This document shows positions 13,237 through 24,951 of a stretch of DNA of 64,000 bases, one piece after another. Position numbers and translations under genes: made by a program. Position 1 is the first letter of the stretch; each line of letters opens with the position of its first letter. Source of the stretch: Chara braunii (Eukaryota > Plantae > Charophyceae); the NCBI GenBank assembly GCA_003427395.1, contig BFEA01000004.1:1965628-2029627 (forward strand). The letters are read 5' to 3'. Under the pieces are notes generated by a model. The model was not told the DNA's origin. It was given only the letters and a program-made list of their open reading frames with translations, and ran no database searches.

Positions 13237-14719
13237 GTACTACACAAGCATACAAGCATATGACCAAAAGCCTACTGGCCTCCTCCTCGTTGTTGTTGCA
13301 GTTCCACTTTCCCTCCCTTGGACGACTCTGCTCGCTTGCCTCCCCCTCTTTCCTTCCCCCCTACCAACCGTCCGTTTCCCTATTCCGTCGATCGAACCCC
13401 TTTTTTTCCCCCCCCATACCGGGTTATCAATGCACATCCTGTCCACTGGGTTTCGTAATTAAAAAAAAAAAAAAAAAAAAAGGTTTTCGCAACTTCCTGC
13501 CATGCGCCGCTTATAGTACCGCAATTGAAAAAAAAAAAAAAAAAGGTTTCGCAAATCGACCGGTTTACAAATCATCTCGCCTCGTGCAGCAGGGTCAGCT
13601 CGTCACCCCCCCCTACCGTCGTCGTTGGGCTAATCGGACTCCTCGTCTCGCGCATCCGTCTATCCATCCATTCCGTCCATTGATTATTGATTCGGTTGCT
13701 AATTCAACCAATGTCGATCTCCACCACTGCACACAGCCGACTCACGCACGACCAATCAGGTGCAGCGAATGCCAATCTACTTGATTGTATTGTTTTATGA
13801 TACCGATCAACGATCAAACGGCAGTTGTCATCATTACTAATCGACTAGTCATCATTGGGGATTGTGAACCGATGGATTTGGATTGATTGATCCGATGGCC
13901 GTTGGTGCAGATGCTTTTTGCTTCTTCCCGGGGGGCAATGACCGATGGCGATGGACATTTCTGAGGAGGAGGAGGAAGTTGACAAGAGACCAACTTTTCC
14001 TCCTGACTTTGGCGACCTAGCAGGGCCGCGAATAGACTGTATGGGTCTGGTTTGGGTTCTTCCGCGCGTTCAGCATTTGATGACGCTTCTTCCGTCTCGT
14101 CGGTTTTACATCTACGATACGAGTGAACCGTCATGTCATGGTCTTACGTTTCGATGCTACCAATAGGCATTGCAAGCTTGTCCATCTCAACGATTACCAT
14201 TTCCGTAATTCAGAGGTGGCATCCTCGGTGGGCGCGCTTTCCCCCCCCTCTTGCCCGGAGTAGATGCGCTCATAGTATATATATGTACATATGTATATAT
14301 GCACAGTGACAATTACTTAATACAGTAGATGGTAGGGGAAAAAATGCAGCAATGTGTCAGATAAACGGAAAATTTGTCGGTAGGTAGAGAGCCCCAACTG
14401 CCGCTGTTCTTACAGTACTTATGTGTTCTTTTAGCAAACTGACAAGATCTGCTCTCTTGATGATGAGGGTAACCGGTTGGATGAGGAGGGTGGATTAGTC
14501 TTTTCCACTTCGCCGGGAGAAGTACGCGGTGCGGTTTGTGAGGTGATGATAACTCCACTGCACTCCTTGGTAGTCTGAGTAGCAAAGCTGTCTCTTATAC
14601 ACATCTAGATGTGTATAAGAGACAGCCACTGCACTGCTTGGTAGTCTGAGTCTGACAGCATGTGAAGGCTGTGAGTTGTGCAGTTCAACTTTGCCCGTCC
14701 TAAGTGTACTGCCATCCGC

Positions 14720-14759
<40 letters not shown>

Positions 14760-16406
14760 CAGTTCCGCTGCGCAAAACGAATGAATGTGTATACGGGTTT
14801 GCGAGCCTCCTTAACAGATAAGCTGACCGTAGATCGCGCATTGCCGAGGAATCGACGGACGACAGCTTCTCGGTCTTGCGGGGGGCACTGCAGAGACCCC
14901 GTTCCAGTCTCTTTCTAGACCCTCGGATGTCAGTCAGAAGCATGGGACCCCGTCATGTCTATTATGGCGTATTACAGTTAACTCTTTTAGAGTTATGTAT
15001 CTGTTTCTTTGTCTCCTTCCTATGGCCATTTTTTCCGCGTTTGGAAAATGTGCGAACAGGCTCTGCAGGACTGATGGTGGTGAGCAATTCGGTCGCTGGC
15101 TTGCACTGACGCGCCCGCGAAACCAACTAGGGTCTGCACGAAGATTGAGTCGATTATGTGCTGAAAAAGACGTGTTCTCGCTGACTGATAGAGTGCTGTT
15201 CTGTTTCGGCACACAAGGGTCAGAACGCTTGTGCTGATTGGTTGACCCTTCGACCGGCTTGTTTGATTGGTGATTGGTGGGTTGGTTGATGTGTTGATTG
15301 AGGGGATGATGACTCAGCGGATTGATGGGGTTATTGATTGATTGATTGATTGATTGGCGGGTAGATTGATTGACCGATGGATTGCGTGATGAATCGACTG
15401 ATTGGATTGATTTTTATTACTAGTAGTCGTAGTAATTGAGCGAGGTGTTGATTGCCTGTCCAATCAGGGCGGTTAAGTTGTTGGTTGAGCAGATGATGGT
15501 TGGGGTTTTGCTCCTATATCACATTTGTTCGCCGAACCGTTGTGGCTCGTACTATGTCTCCATCTCGGCGAACCCTCCTGAATTTCTCCGGGCGTGCTCG
15601 CACACGACTTTTTCGATTGAACTCTGGACTTCATTGCGGTCAGATACATCCATGATGTGCTTATTGTGGCCAGATACATCCAGCAAAGTCTTAGTGTGAG
15701 TATACTCTCCTCCGTCCGGGCAACCCATCCTGTCTCTTTAGTCTATCGTGCGGAAGTGTTTCCGGTGACGTGTCGAACAACGGAGAGCGTACTCACACGA
15801 GCACTTTGCGAAACGCATCTGACTGTAATTACGTCCAATCCTGGACGAATCTGACTGCAAACACGTCCAGAGCTGTGTAGAAAAAAGTCCCTGCGATACC
15901 GCTGCCATTGATTGGCAGTGCTGCTAATGATCATCATGCTGCTTCGATCCATGATGATGACGACGACGAGTTGCCACGTGTCATTCCCGTGCCTGCTGTT
16001 CGTCGATGTCATGGATGTTGGCCCAACGGTTCGTTGACGGTGGACAACTGCCAATCAGCGCTACTAATGATCATCACGCGGCTTCGATCCATGATGATGA
16101 CGACGAGGAGTTGCCACGTGTCATTCCCGTGCCTGCTGGTCGTCGATGTCATGGATGTTGGCCCGACGGTTCGTTGACACGTGGACACGTGGGCGACGAT
16201 CCGAATTGCGGTCGACCGAGAGCGTCGGAGGTAGCGAGGGTAAGGTGTGGGAGCGAGCAACGACGTTGGGAAGGGAGGGAAGAGGGAGGGAGGGAGAGGA
16301 GAGGAGTAACTGCGAGGAGAGGCACGCCGTTGAGGAGCGGGAGAGAGGAGAGGAGAGGAGGAACTGAGCGTTCGGCTGAGGATCGCGAGAGGCAGTTGTT
16401 GGGGAG

Positions 16407-16491
<85 letters not shown>

Positions 16492-16887
16492 GATTTTGTT
16501 CCCTTATTTGTAGTGTGGTAATGGTACGGAAAACAGGAGCACAGCTGCTGCTATCGTCTCTTCACCCGGCTAAGGTCATTATCACTGTGTCTAGACTCGA
16601 AGCAACCCCAAATACCGGTGTAATGACTCGGCGTTTTATTCCGGTGAAGACGGTAGGTGCGCCCTCCCACCCTTGGGAAAATCTCCTACAGAGTAGAAGC
16701 TAGACCGGGGACGACAGTTCGACGCTTGTTTGAGAATGGAAGATTCATTCATGCAGCTGTCATAACGCGAAAGGCCAGCTCGCCGGTGTCCATCTCCACC
16801 CAATGTGTTCTCTCTCGATTCGACACGTGGCTGTCCGGGAATAGATCCGGTTTGGAAATGAAATCGTTGGACCCTGGCGGGGGGGGG

Positions 16888-16931
<44 letters not shown>

Positions 16932-16941
16932 NCGCGGGGGG

Positions 16942-17003
<62 letters not shown>

Positions 17004-20000
17004 AGACCTTGTAGTGTGGATGGGAGGGGGAAAGACCAAAGGCACAGGTGAGAAGCAAGAAGGCGCAAATGCACGGGTGGATGTTGGAACAGCAGTTAGG
17101 TGGAATGGGAGCGAAGTCGAGACTGGAAGCGGGTGGAGGGCTGAGGGGATAGTCGCCCTTGCAGTCCTCAGAATGCATCTGACCGCAATTACGGCCAGAC
17201 GTGGAATCTGACTGTCCAGAATCATCGTCGAAAATCTCCCAGTGTGAGTATGCCCTGAGGGGGAGAGGAGCTAGTTGTGCACCTAAAGTTGGGACTGCTA
17301 CTGGACGTGGATCTGCTGGAGTGGTGGAAGGCATGGAATCTGCGTAATAATGGGAAGCTATGGCTGTCGACCTTGAGGGCATGCTTACACTACTGTAGCA
17401 CTTTCGGGGATGTATATGATCGTTTTCCCGACCTGGTCAGGATGCACCTAACCGCTATTACGTCCACAGAGAAGTGAAAAAACTCCTAGGGTGAGTATGC
17501 CCTGAGCGGGTGGTTGGAGTATCGTTATCCATCCTGAGTGTGAAGGGCTTCCCGCCCCCTCCCACTGACTGAAGTATATAAATAAATAGGGCTCTCTCGT
17601 CTCGCTCTTCTTTTCGTTCATTCATCCTTTTCGCCGCCCACCCTTTCACTGTGGTATCGTCATTCATGGTCGTCCTTATCTGTCCAATCGAAGCCCCCGG
17701 GTGTTGGCCCTTGCTCCGTTACTCAACATTTGACACTTATCTGAACTGCTATGTGGACCAGATTCATTACTCTATTGAACATTTTGAACGTATTTGGACC
17801 ATGATCAGCTCCACATACATTTGGAATGCTGTGCAGTGGAGCGAGGCCCACCGAGTCTCGTCACCCAGATCACGTTGTCCTTATCCGTTCCAAGCCCGGG
17901 GATTCGGCGCCTCGCCGCTCAACTCACCAATTGTGAAAAAGACGAAAGTATGGAGGGTGTACTTCTCCACGTTCTAGCACGATATACATTTTTTTTATTT
18001 TATTTTTTTATAATTTGGTGAGAGGTCCGGCGAGGCCCTCAGTGCCGTCCGCAGATCTGCTCCCAATTTGACTGCCCCATGTGACATCATCGCCCGCGTT
18101 CTCATTTGGTCATGCGCAAGCCATCCCCGTTTGATGATACGTTTTTGCTAATGACTTAAAACACGCGAACGCAACGCACCCGCATTTTGGCTGCACCTGG
18201 CCGATTGTATACATTCGGTATCGGCGTGCTTTGTGTTCGGGAGAGGGCGGTAGTCAGCATGTTTTACCTACCGTCTTCACCCGAATAGAACGCCCGGTCA
18301 TTATAGCTGTATATTATAGCTGTATTTGGCACACCTTTCGGTCCAGGTGCGGCGATAATGACCGGGGCGTTCTATTCGGGTGAGGACGGTAGTGCGTGGT
18401 TATTAATCAACGTTCTGTTTTTTCGTTTTTGGTTACTAATCTAATCAAATCAGCGCGAAACTTCGTTCCTGTAGAGCTCTTTTTTTTTTCAACTGGTCTA
18501 ATGATGACGTAATTACAGTCAGATACATCCCGCATCCGGCTGTAATTGCGGTCAGAATACGTTGGTGAATATGTTTAGCTAATTCCTCGTCTGAGTGATT
18601 ATGGCCTTAATGAACTTGTCTGTTGCCCAATCGACTCAAACGTAGTTAGCTCGTCAATCGATTCGCAATGAATGAACCAATCAAAGTGTCATCAGTAGCT
18701 AGCTGTTAACTGTCTTGTCAATCTCGTTAATGTCTTCCGTCAATTGATGACCAACCGACCAATACATTCATTCATAATGTGATTATGTGAGTCGTGCACA
18801 TCACTGGAGCAATCAGGTCAGGCCCTCGTCAGTGTAATGAACCCATCAAATCAACGAGACGATGGCTTGAATACTAACGACGTTCCTATACTTCCTATCG
18901 AAATCAACGAGATGATATCTGAACTATTTATCGAAATCAACGAGATGATAGCTGAACTATTCACAGCCACTGCGGATTCAATTGTACGTCTGTCTTCATT
19001 GAACCTTACCGGGAAGGGTTTTGTTGGTCCATGGGAGGGATGCCGTCTATATTCGGCGGCCTTCCCCCCTCATATGCAATCCACGGGCGAGTTCATTGCG
19101 CGCCAGTTATGCAATCCACGGGCGAGTTCATTGCGCGCCATTTGCGCTGTGTGCGAGCCCTCCTTAGTAATGTGCATGTCACTCCATCAAGGCCACCACC
19201 TGTTGACAATCGCAGACTTTTTTTTTTTTTTTTCTGCCCCCCCCGCAGGGCGCATGTGATGTGTGTTGATACTCTTGGACATCTTTTAAACCCATCTTTT
19301 AAACCCTGCCCCCGCAAGTTCTTGAAAAAAAAAAAAAAAAAAAAAAAAAGAAAGAAAGAAAGAAAAAAGAAAAAAAAAGTTCAAAGTTGCTGAATTCACT
19401 TGCAGCTTGCAGTTGGGAAGAAAATATACATAACGTACATGCATGACACACATATTATTAAATTCGGAATTACGAAGAGAGAAAATGCACTCGCAGTTAA
19501 TTAAAAAACTCGCAGTGGAGCAGTTGAAAAAAAAAAACAAAAAAAAACTCGCAGTTAATTAAAAAATATGGGGTTGGGCGGGCATATACGGGGAACATGG
19601 AGGAGAGAAATCAGAGAGGCAGAGAGAGAAGTAACTGGTAAACCCACGTTAGGTAATCGGGCCGGGGGGGGTGCCTGGCTCGGCGGCAAAGCAAAGTATA
19701 CATTCGTTCTACCTTCCTTACAGTCGGCAGCTAGTGGGATGCATCTCCGGTCAATGTGAAGATACGGTAGGGGAATGCCACTGAATGGCAGATTCGACAG
19801 ATTGGGATATTGTTGTTGGGGGGGGAGGAGGAGGATTGGGGGAGGTTGGCGTAAGACTCATATCATATTTCCTCCTCGTTTAATCACGACAGAGCAATTT
19901 TTTTTATTTTTTTTTCTGTTTTTTTAATCACAACAGCGATTTTATCGTGGAAAAAAGTTTTGATTTTGTTTTTCGTTTTTCCTGTTCAATTTGGTTAACA

Positions 20001-20445
20001 GTTTCAGTTCCGAAAGATTTGTGCGGCAGTTCCGAAAGATTTGTACGGATGTACGGAGAGGCAACATTCGAATGATTGCCTGTTTGGCTTTTCCTTCTCG
20101 AGACGGGGTGCTTGCCTGCCTGCCTGCGATTCTCCCTAGCCCGATCCCGATCTCTCCCGATCTCGAGCATCGTCGTCCATGCCTGCCCTTTGTTATGCCG
20201 AGGTCATCATCTCGCTCCTTACCAGACCTGCATTTCCTTAAAACTCAGTCTCGTGGCGAGGTAAACGGCCGCGGGGCCTTATCAGACCCACCAATTCAAT
20301 AATCCGACGCCGCGCCTTCCCTTCTCTCGCATCTGATCTTCCCCCCCGCAGTTTTGTAATCATGTGGACATCGCGCAATCTTCTCTTTCCCTCGCGTGCG
20401 ATCATAAGTGTGTTTTCATAAATCTCGATACGCATGGTCGCCCTT

Positions 20446-20511
<66 letters not shown>

Positions 20512-20522
20512 TGGGGAGGGGN

Positions 20523-20557
<35 letters not shown>

Positions 20558-20912
20558 AGGGGTGAATGAAAGCGTAGTGTGTAATTTTGTACATAGTGGG
20601 AGAGTAGTCGAAAATGTTCGAGTTGTCTTTCTGCGCAGCAGAGAGAAAAGGAAGTAATTGCAGCAATCGGCTTTTGTGACGGCAATCAATCAATTAGCGG
20701 CTTCTTCATGACAGTCAAAATGAACGATCCGATGCTCGCAAGCTCGTCTCCCTGGAACTCGCCACGGGGGACGACCTGCCTTCTTCCCCCTTTCATCTCC
20801 TTCATCTCCTTCCCCTTTGCCGAACTCCATCAGGACTTGGTTCTTCAGCGCTCCTCCCTCCCTCTCGTTCGATTGGGGGGTTGTTGAGGTATTGCGTACG
20901 TCGGGTCGACGC

Positions 20913-20993
<81 letters not shown>

Positions 20994-22378
20994 GAAACCC
21001 TGTGTCTGGATGGGTGGCGAGGGTGGAGGACGATTTCCGCTCCTTTCTCCTCGTTCTGTCACGCTGGGACGAACCTCCTGTGGCCACCCCTCGTTACTCG
21101 CTGTGGAGGTGTTTACGCTCTGTTGTCTATTGATGAGATGTCAATTCACTGTCTGCGCCCCCTTGGATGTACGCGCTGGCGCGCTAACGCTGTATGGGTT
21201 TTGCAATTTGTGCTGTACATGGCGTAGGTAAGTCGCGTCGAATGGGGAATAAGGGTTGACGGTTCGCCAGGGGCAAGATTTCGCTCCGCTTGGGGGTTTG
21301 AAAATGGGCTCGTTCTTGCTGGTGTGAACTGTAGGGGGGGGACGAAGAGCCCCCACGTTTTCGTAAGGTGGAAATGGTGACAAGGTGCAGTTGTAGCCTT
21401 TCCTGCCGGGACTGGAAGGGAGGAAAGCTTTGCGACTGGCGGAGCGAGCATCTCTACCACCATCTCTATCTCTGCCCTCTCTCTGTTTGCTTTTGGCCGA
21501 CGCTCCCCGGGAAGCCGATGAGGGGAAACCTGAGGATCGGCTCCAGTAACCTGCCGGCGGAGTGGAAGGGGTGTGATCGAAGAGTGGTTTCTGGAAGTAG
21601 CCACGTCCGGGAAATGCGACGAAGAAGGGCACAGGAATCAGAGCCCTAGCCTTCTTGCGCAGAACTCTGTCGTTTTGCCGTGCCCATTCGTAGGGGTCGG
21701 GTATATTAGGAGGGTATGCACCTATCGTGATCCCAGGGGTGGTGCTGCTGCCTTTTCTGGGTGGACTTGTGACGAAAGGCTTCTTTGCAGGAGGCGGCGG
21801 CGGCGGCTGCTGCTGCGGCTGCTGCTGCTCCTGCGGCTGCGGCTGCGGCTGCTCGTGCGGCGGGTGAAGAGTGGTGGTGAGATCAGCGGCGGGCTTCACA
21901 TGCGCTTTGGAAGGGTCGTTCATGTAAATGTGCTCGAACGGAGGGCCGATGGTGCCATAGAGAGAACCGGAACCGGTACTTTTCTTGGTAGGGTTAGGTA
22001 GATGGAACGGCTTGAGCCCGCGAAGGGTATCGTTCTTGGCCTTCTCCTCTTGTTGCTGCCAATACCATGGATCACGGTACAGGTCTCCGTCGGACAGCCT
22101 ACGGACCTTCTTCTCCAGCCATGAACTGGGGATGTCCACCTTGGAAGGGTACTGGACGGAGAACTGCCGGCCCCTGTGTCTTGGTAATGAGTCGACTTTC
22201 ACCGGGTACTGGACCCCCAGGTTGATCGAACCTGACCGCCTAAAAATGCCCACTCGTTCTATATCCATCTCTCTCTCTCTCTCGCTCTCTTTCTGTGTGT
22301 GTGTGTGTGTGTGTCTTGGCTCTCTCTCCTTGTGTTTATCTGTCTGTTCTGTCGTTCTGTTTCTCGCTCTCTGTGTAA

Positions 22379-22440
<62 letters not shown>

Positions 22441-23747
22441 GTGTCTCTCTGTGCGTCTACCTGTCTCTCTCTCTCTCTCTCTCTGTGGCGGGCGGGCGTT
22501 TTTTTCCCTCTGTCGGATGGCGGACGTTTTTTCCCCTCTGTCGGATCGTTTCGAGAGTTTGGCAGCTCTGCGGAACTGCGCTATAATCAGCAGCAGCAGC
22601 CAGCTGTAGTGAGCCTCAGCAGCAGTAATCGGACGGCCAGAAGTCGGAGGAGGAGGAGGTAGGAGGAGATTTGCGTTAGGTGAAAAAAAAGAATTCAGGT
22701 ATATATTGATGATGATGTGTGTTGTGTGGATGCAATGCAATTCCTCAGGGACAGATACGACAGAGGTCAATGCTTTACGTTAGTTGTAAAAGAATTGAGC
22801 GCTGCCACGGGGGCATGCTATGCTGTCATCATAAATCGGAAGGTCCGTTTGCTGCGCGGAAATCATTCTTCGTTCGAGAAGACAAAGATACGCCCCCTCG
22901 CTCCACCACACAACACTCTATACAAGAGTCTGGAACAGGTGCATTGGGACGAGTCCCACACTAACACTTGGAATGCATTCAGTCTAGAAGGGCGTCCAAA
23001 TGCATGTCGAGTTGTGGAGCCAGGCAGGCCCACAGTGCTGTCTTCACCTCGGGTCTCTTTTGTGAACCGACATCGCACTGTCGTCAAACGCTGCTCTGGA
23101 AAAGCTGCCGGTTGAACCTACCGTCTTCACACGAATAGAACGCCTGGTCATTATCGCCGAATCTGGACTGAGAAGTGCACCAAATACGGCTATAATGACC
23201 GGGCGTTCTATTCGGTTGAAGACGGTAGTGTGCAGGGGTGGCTGCGAAGGAGCGCGCAGTCACGCGCGCGCATCATGGATCGATGATCAGATTCGTCCGT
23301 TCCTTTTGGGCAAATTCATTTCATGTCACCCTCGACGCGCTGTCGAGATTCGACACTTTCCTTAGCAAATCAAAAGCTTCCCTAACCTCTTCCTGTAACC
23401 ATAGTGCTGTTGCAGAGGGCTGCCCGCGAGTGTTGCTGAGGAAGAGAAGCTTGTGGATACGAACGCCCGCCCTGTGGAGCTGGTTGGTCTTGATGGAGAG
23501 GGAGTATCCTGCGTGCGTGATCCGACCTCTGTTTCATAGCAGCTGCCCTTTTGCCAGGAAGGCTGAATCGCGCGTTCACACGGGGGCGCGCAGGAGGCAA
23601 TGCTGTTTGCCGAACGCTGCCTCAACGAGGGAAGGAGAGAACCGACCTCTTTCCGGCGTGCAAATCGGACAGATCCTTGCATCGGATTTCAAAGAAACCG
23701 TAGGCAGGGCGTGAGCGCGTGCCTGCGCGCTGCTGCCTTCGCTCATA

Positions 23748-23797
<50 letters not shown>

Positions 23798-24913
23798 GAA
23801 GAAATGTGAGGGATTGATCGTGTCCGCAGTGGCGCTTTTCTTGGCTTGGATGATCGAGATCGGGCGCCGTTGGTTGGCTGATGGCTGATTGGTGGACGTC
23901 TCGGCCCTTGGATGCGAGAGCGTGCTGAGCGGCTGATGTATCACCACCATTCACGACCCCTTACGCTGCTTGAGGGTCACCGAATATTATGAATCTCCGA
24001 AGAGGCGTCCCTCCGCTTGAGGCGAGTCCCATATGATCCGCGTATGGATGGTCGCCGGGAGGCCAGGGAAAACCAGGGAAACCAAGAACCGCGGGTTCAT
24101 GCATGCACGTGGCAGATTATCGTTTGCGTTCGCGCGGGACCGAACCAAAGACCACTCGCGAGGAAAGACGCGCTGGAGGTGACACACGAAGAACAGAAAA
24201 CGCTTTTGATGAGACCGGCGAAGTTCCGGCGGGAAAAGCGCAAAGCGGCTCTGAAACATCGTCCGTCGTCTTTTTGCTAAGCGTGCGTGCTAATTTTGTA
24301 CCTCCCGCGTGCGTGCTAATTTTGTACCTCCCGCGTGCGTGCTAATTTTGTACCTCCCCGCGCGCCTTACCCCCCCCCCCCCCCCTTTCTTGTGTCGGGC
24401 CTCTTGGATCGGCAATTTCTGTGGCACTACGTAGCCGTTTTTTTTTTTTTTTTTTTTTTTTTTTGAAAACGTAGCCGTATTTGCTGGAGCGTGAGTGATG
24501 GTTCGGCTTGGGGCTTTCTTTGCACTCCAGACCAGAAAAAAAATCGTCTTGCATTCGCGGGCTGGCTCCTTACACTGTAGGGAGTTGCGCTATTTCAGTG
24601 GCGCTCTATAATTAGAGTCGGAGTCAGCAGAGCTGCTGCTGTGTTGTGCGAATGAGCAGATCGTCAGCGAGAAGTGTGCAAGCAGCAAACCCAGCTCCCA
24701 CCTAACCTCTAGTTTTTTTTTGTTTTTTTTGTTTTTTTTTTAATCTAACCTCTAGTTTAATTAGATGCCAGTTCAGTTTCAGACTGAGGTTGAAGATGCT
24801 TGCACCTTCAGATGCGTGCAGTAGTAATGTGCAAATCTGAGGGTGTTTTTATTTTATTTTATTTTATTTTATTTTATTTTGCCTCTTGGACCTTTTTTTT
24901 TTTCCGCCCCCTC

Positions 24914-24951
<38 letters not shown>

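Noticed and set aside
14588-14625. Bacterial Tn5/IS50 insertion or horizontal transfer
   Set aside because: It is the synthetic mosaic end in back-to-back arrangement with no transposase, i.e. a library adapter.
21573-22662. Plus-strand ORFs 21573-22001 and 21985-22662 as extra WDR44 exons
   Set aside because: They are the antisense shadow of the CFAP96-like gene plus microsatellite; WDR44 exon 1 joins exon 2 in phase without them.
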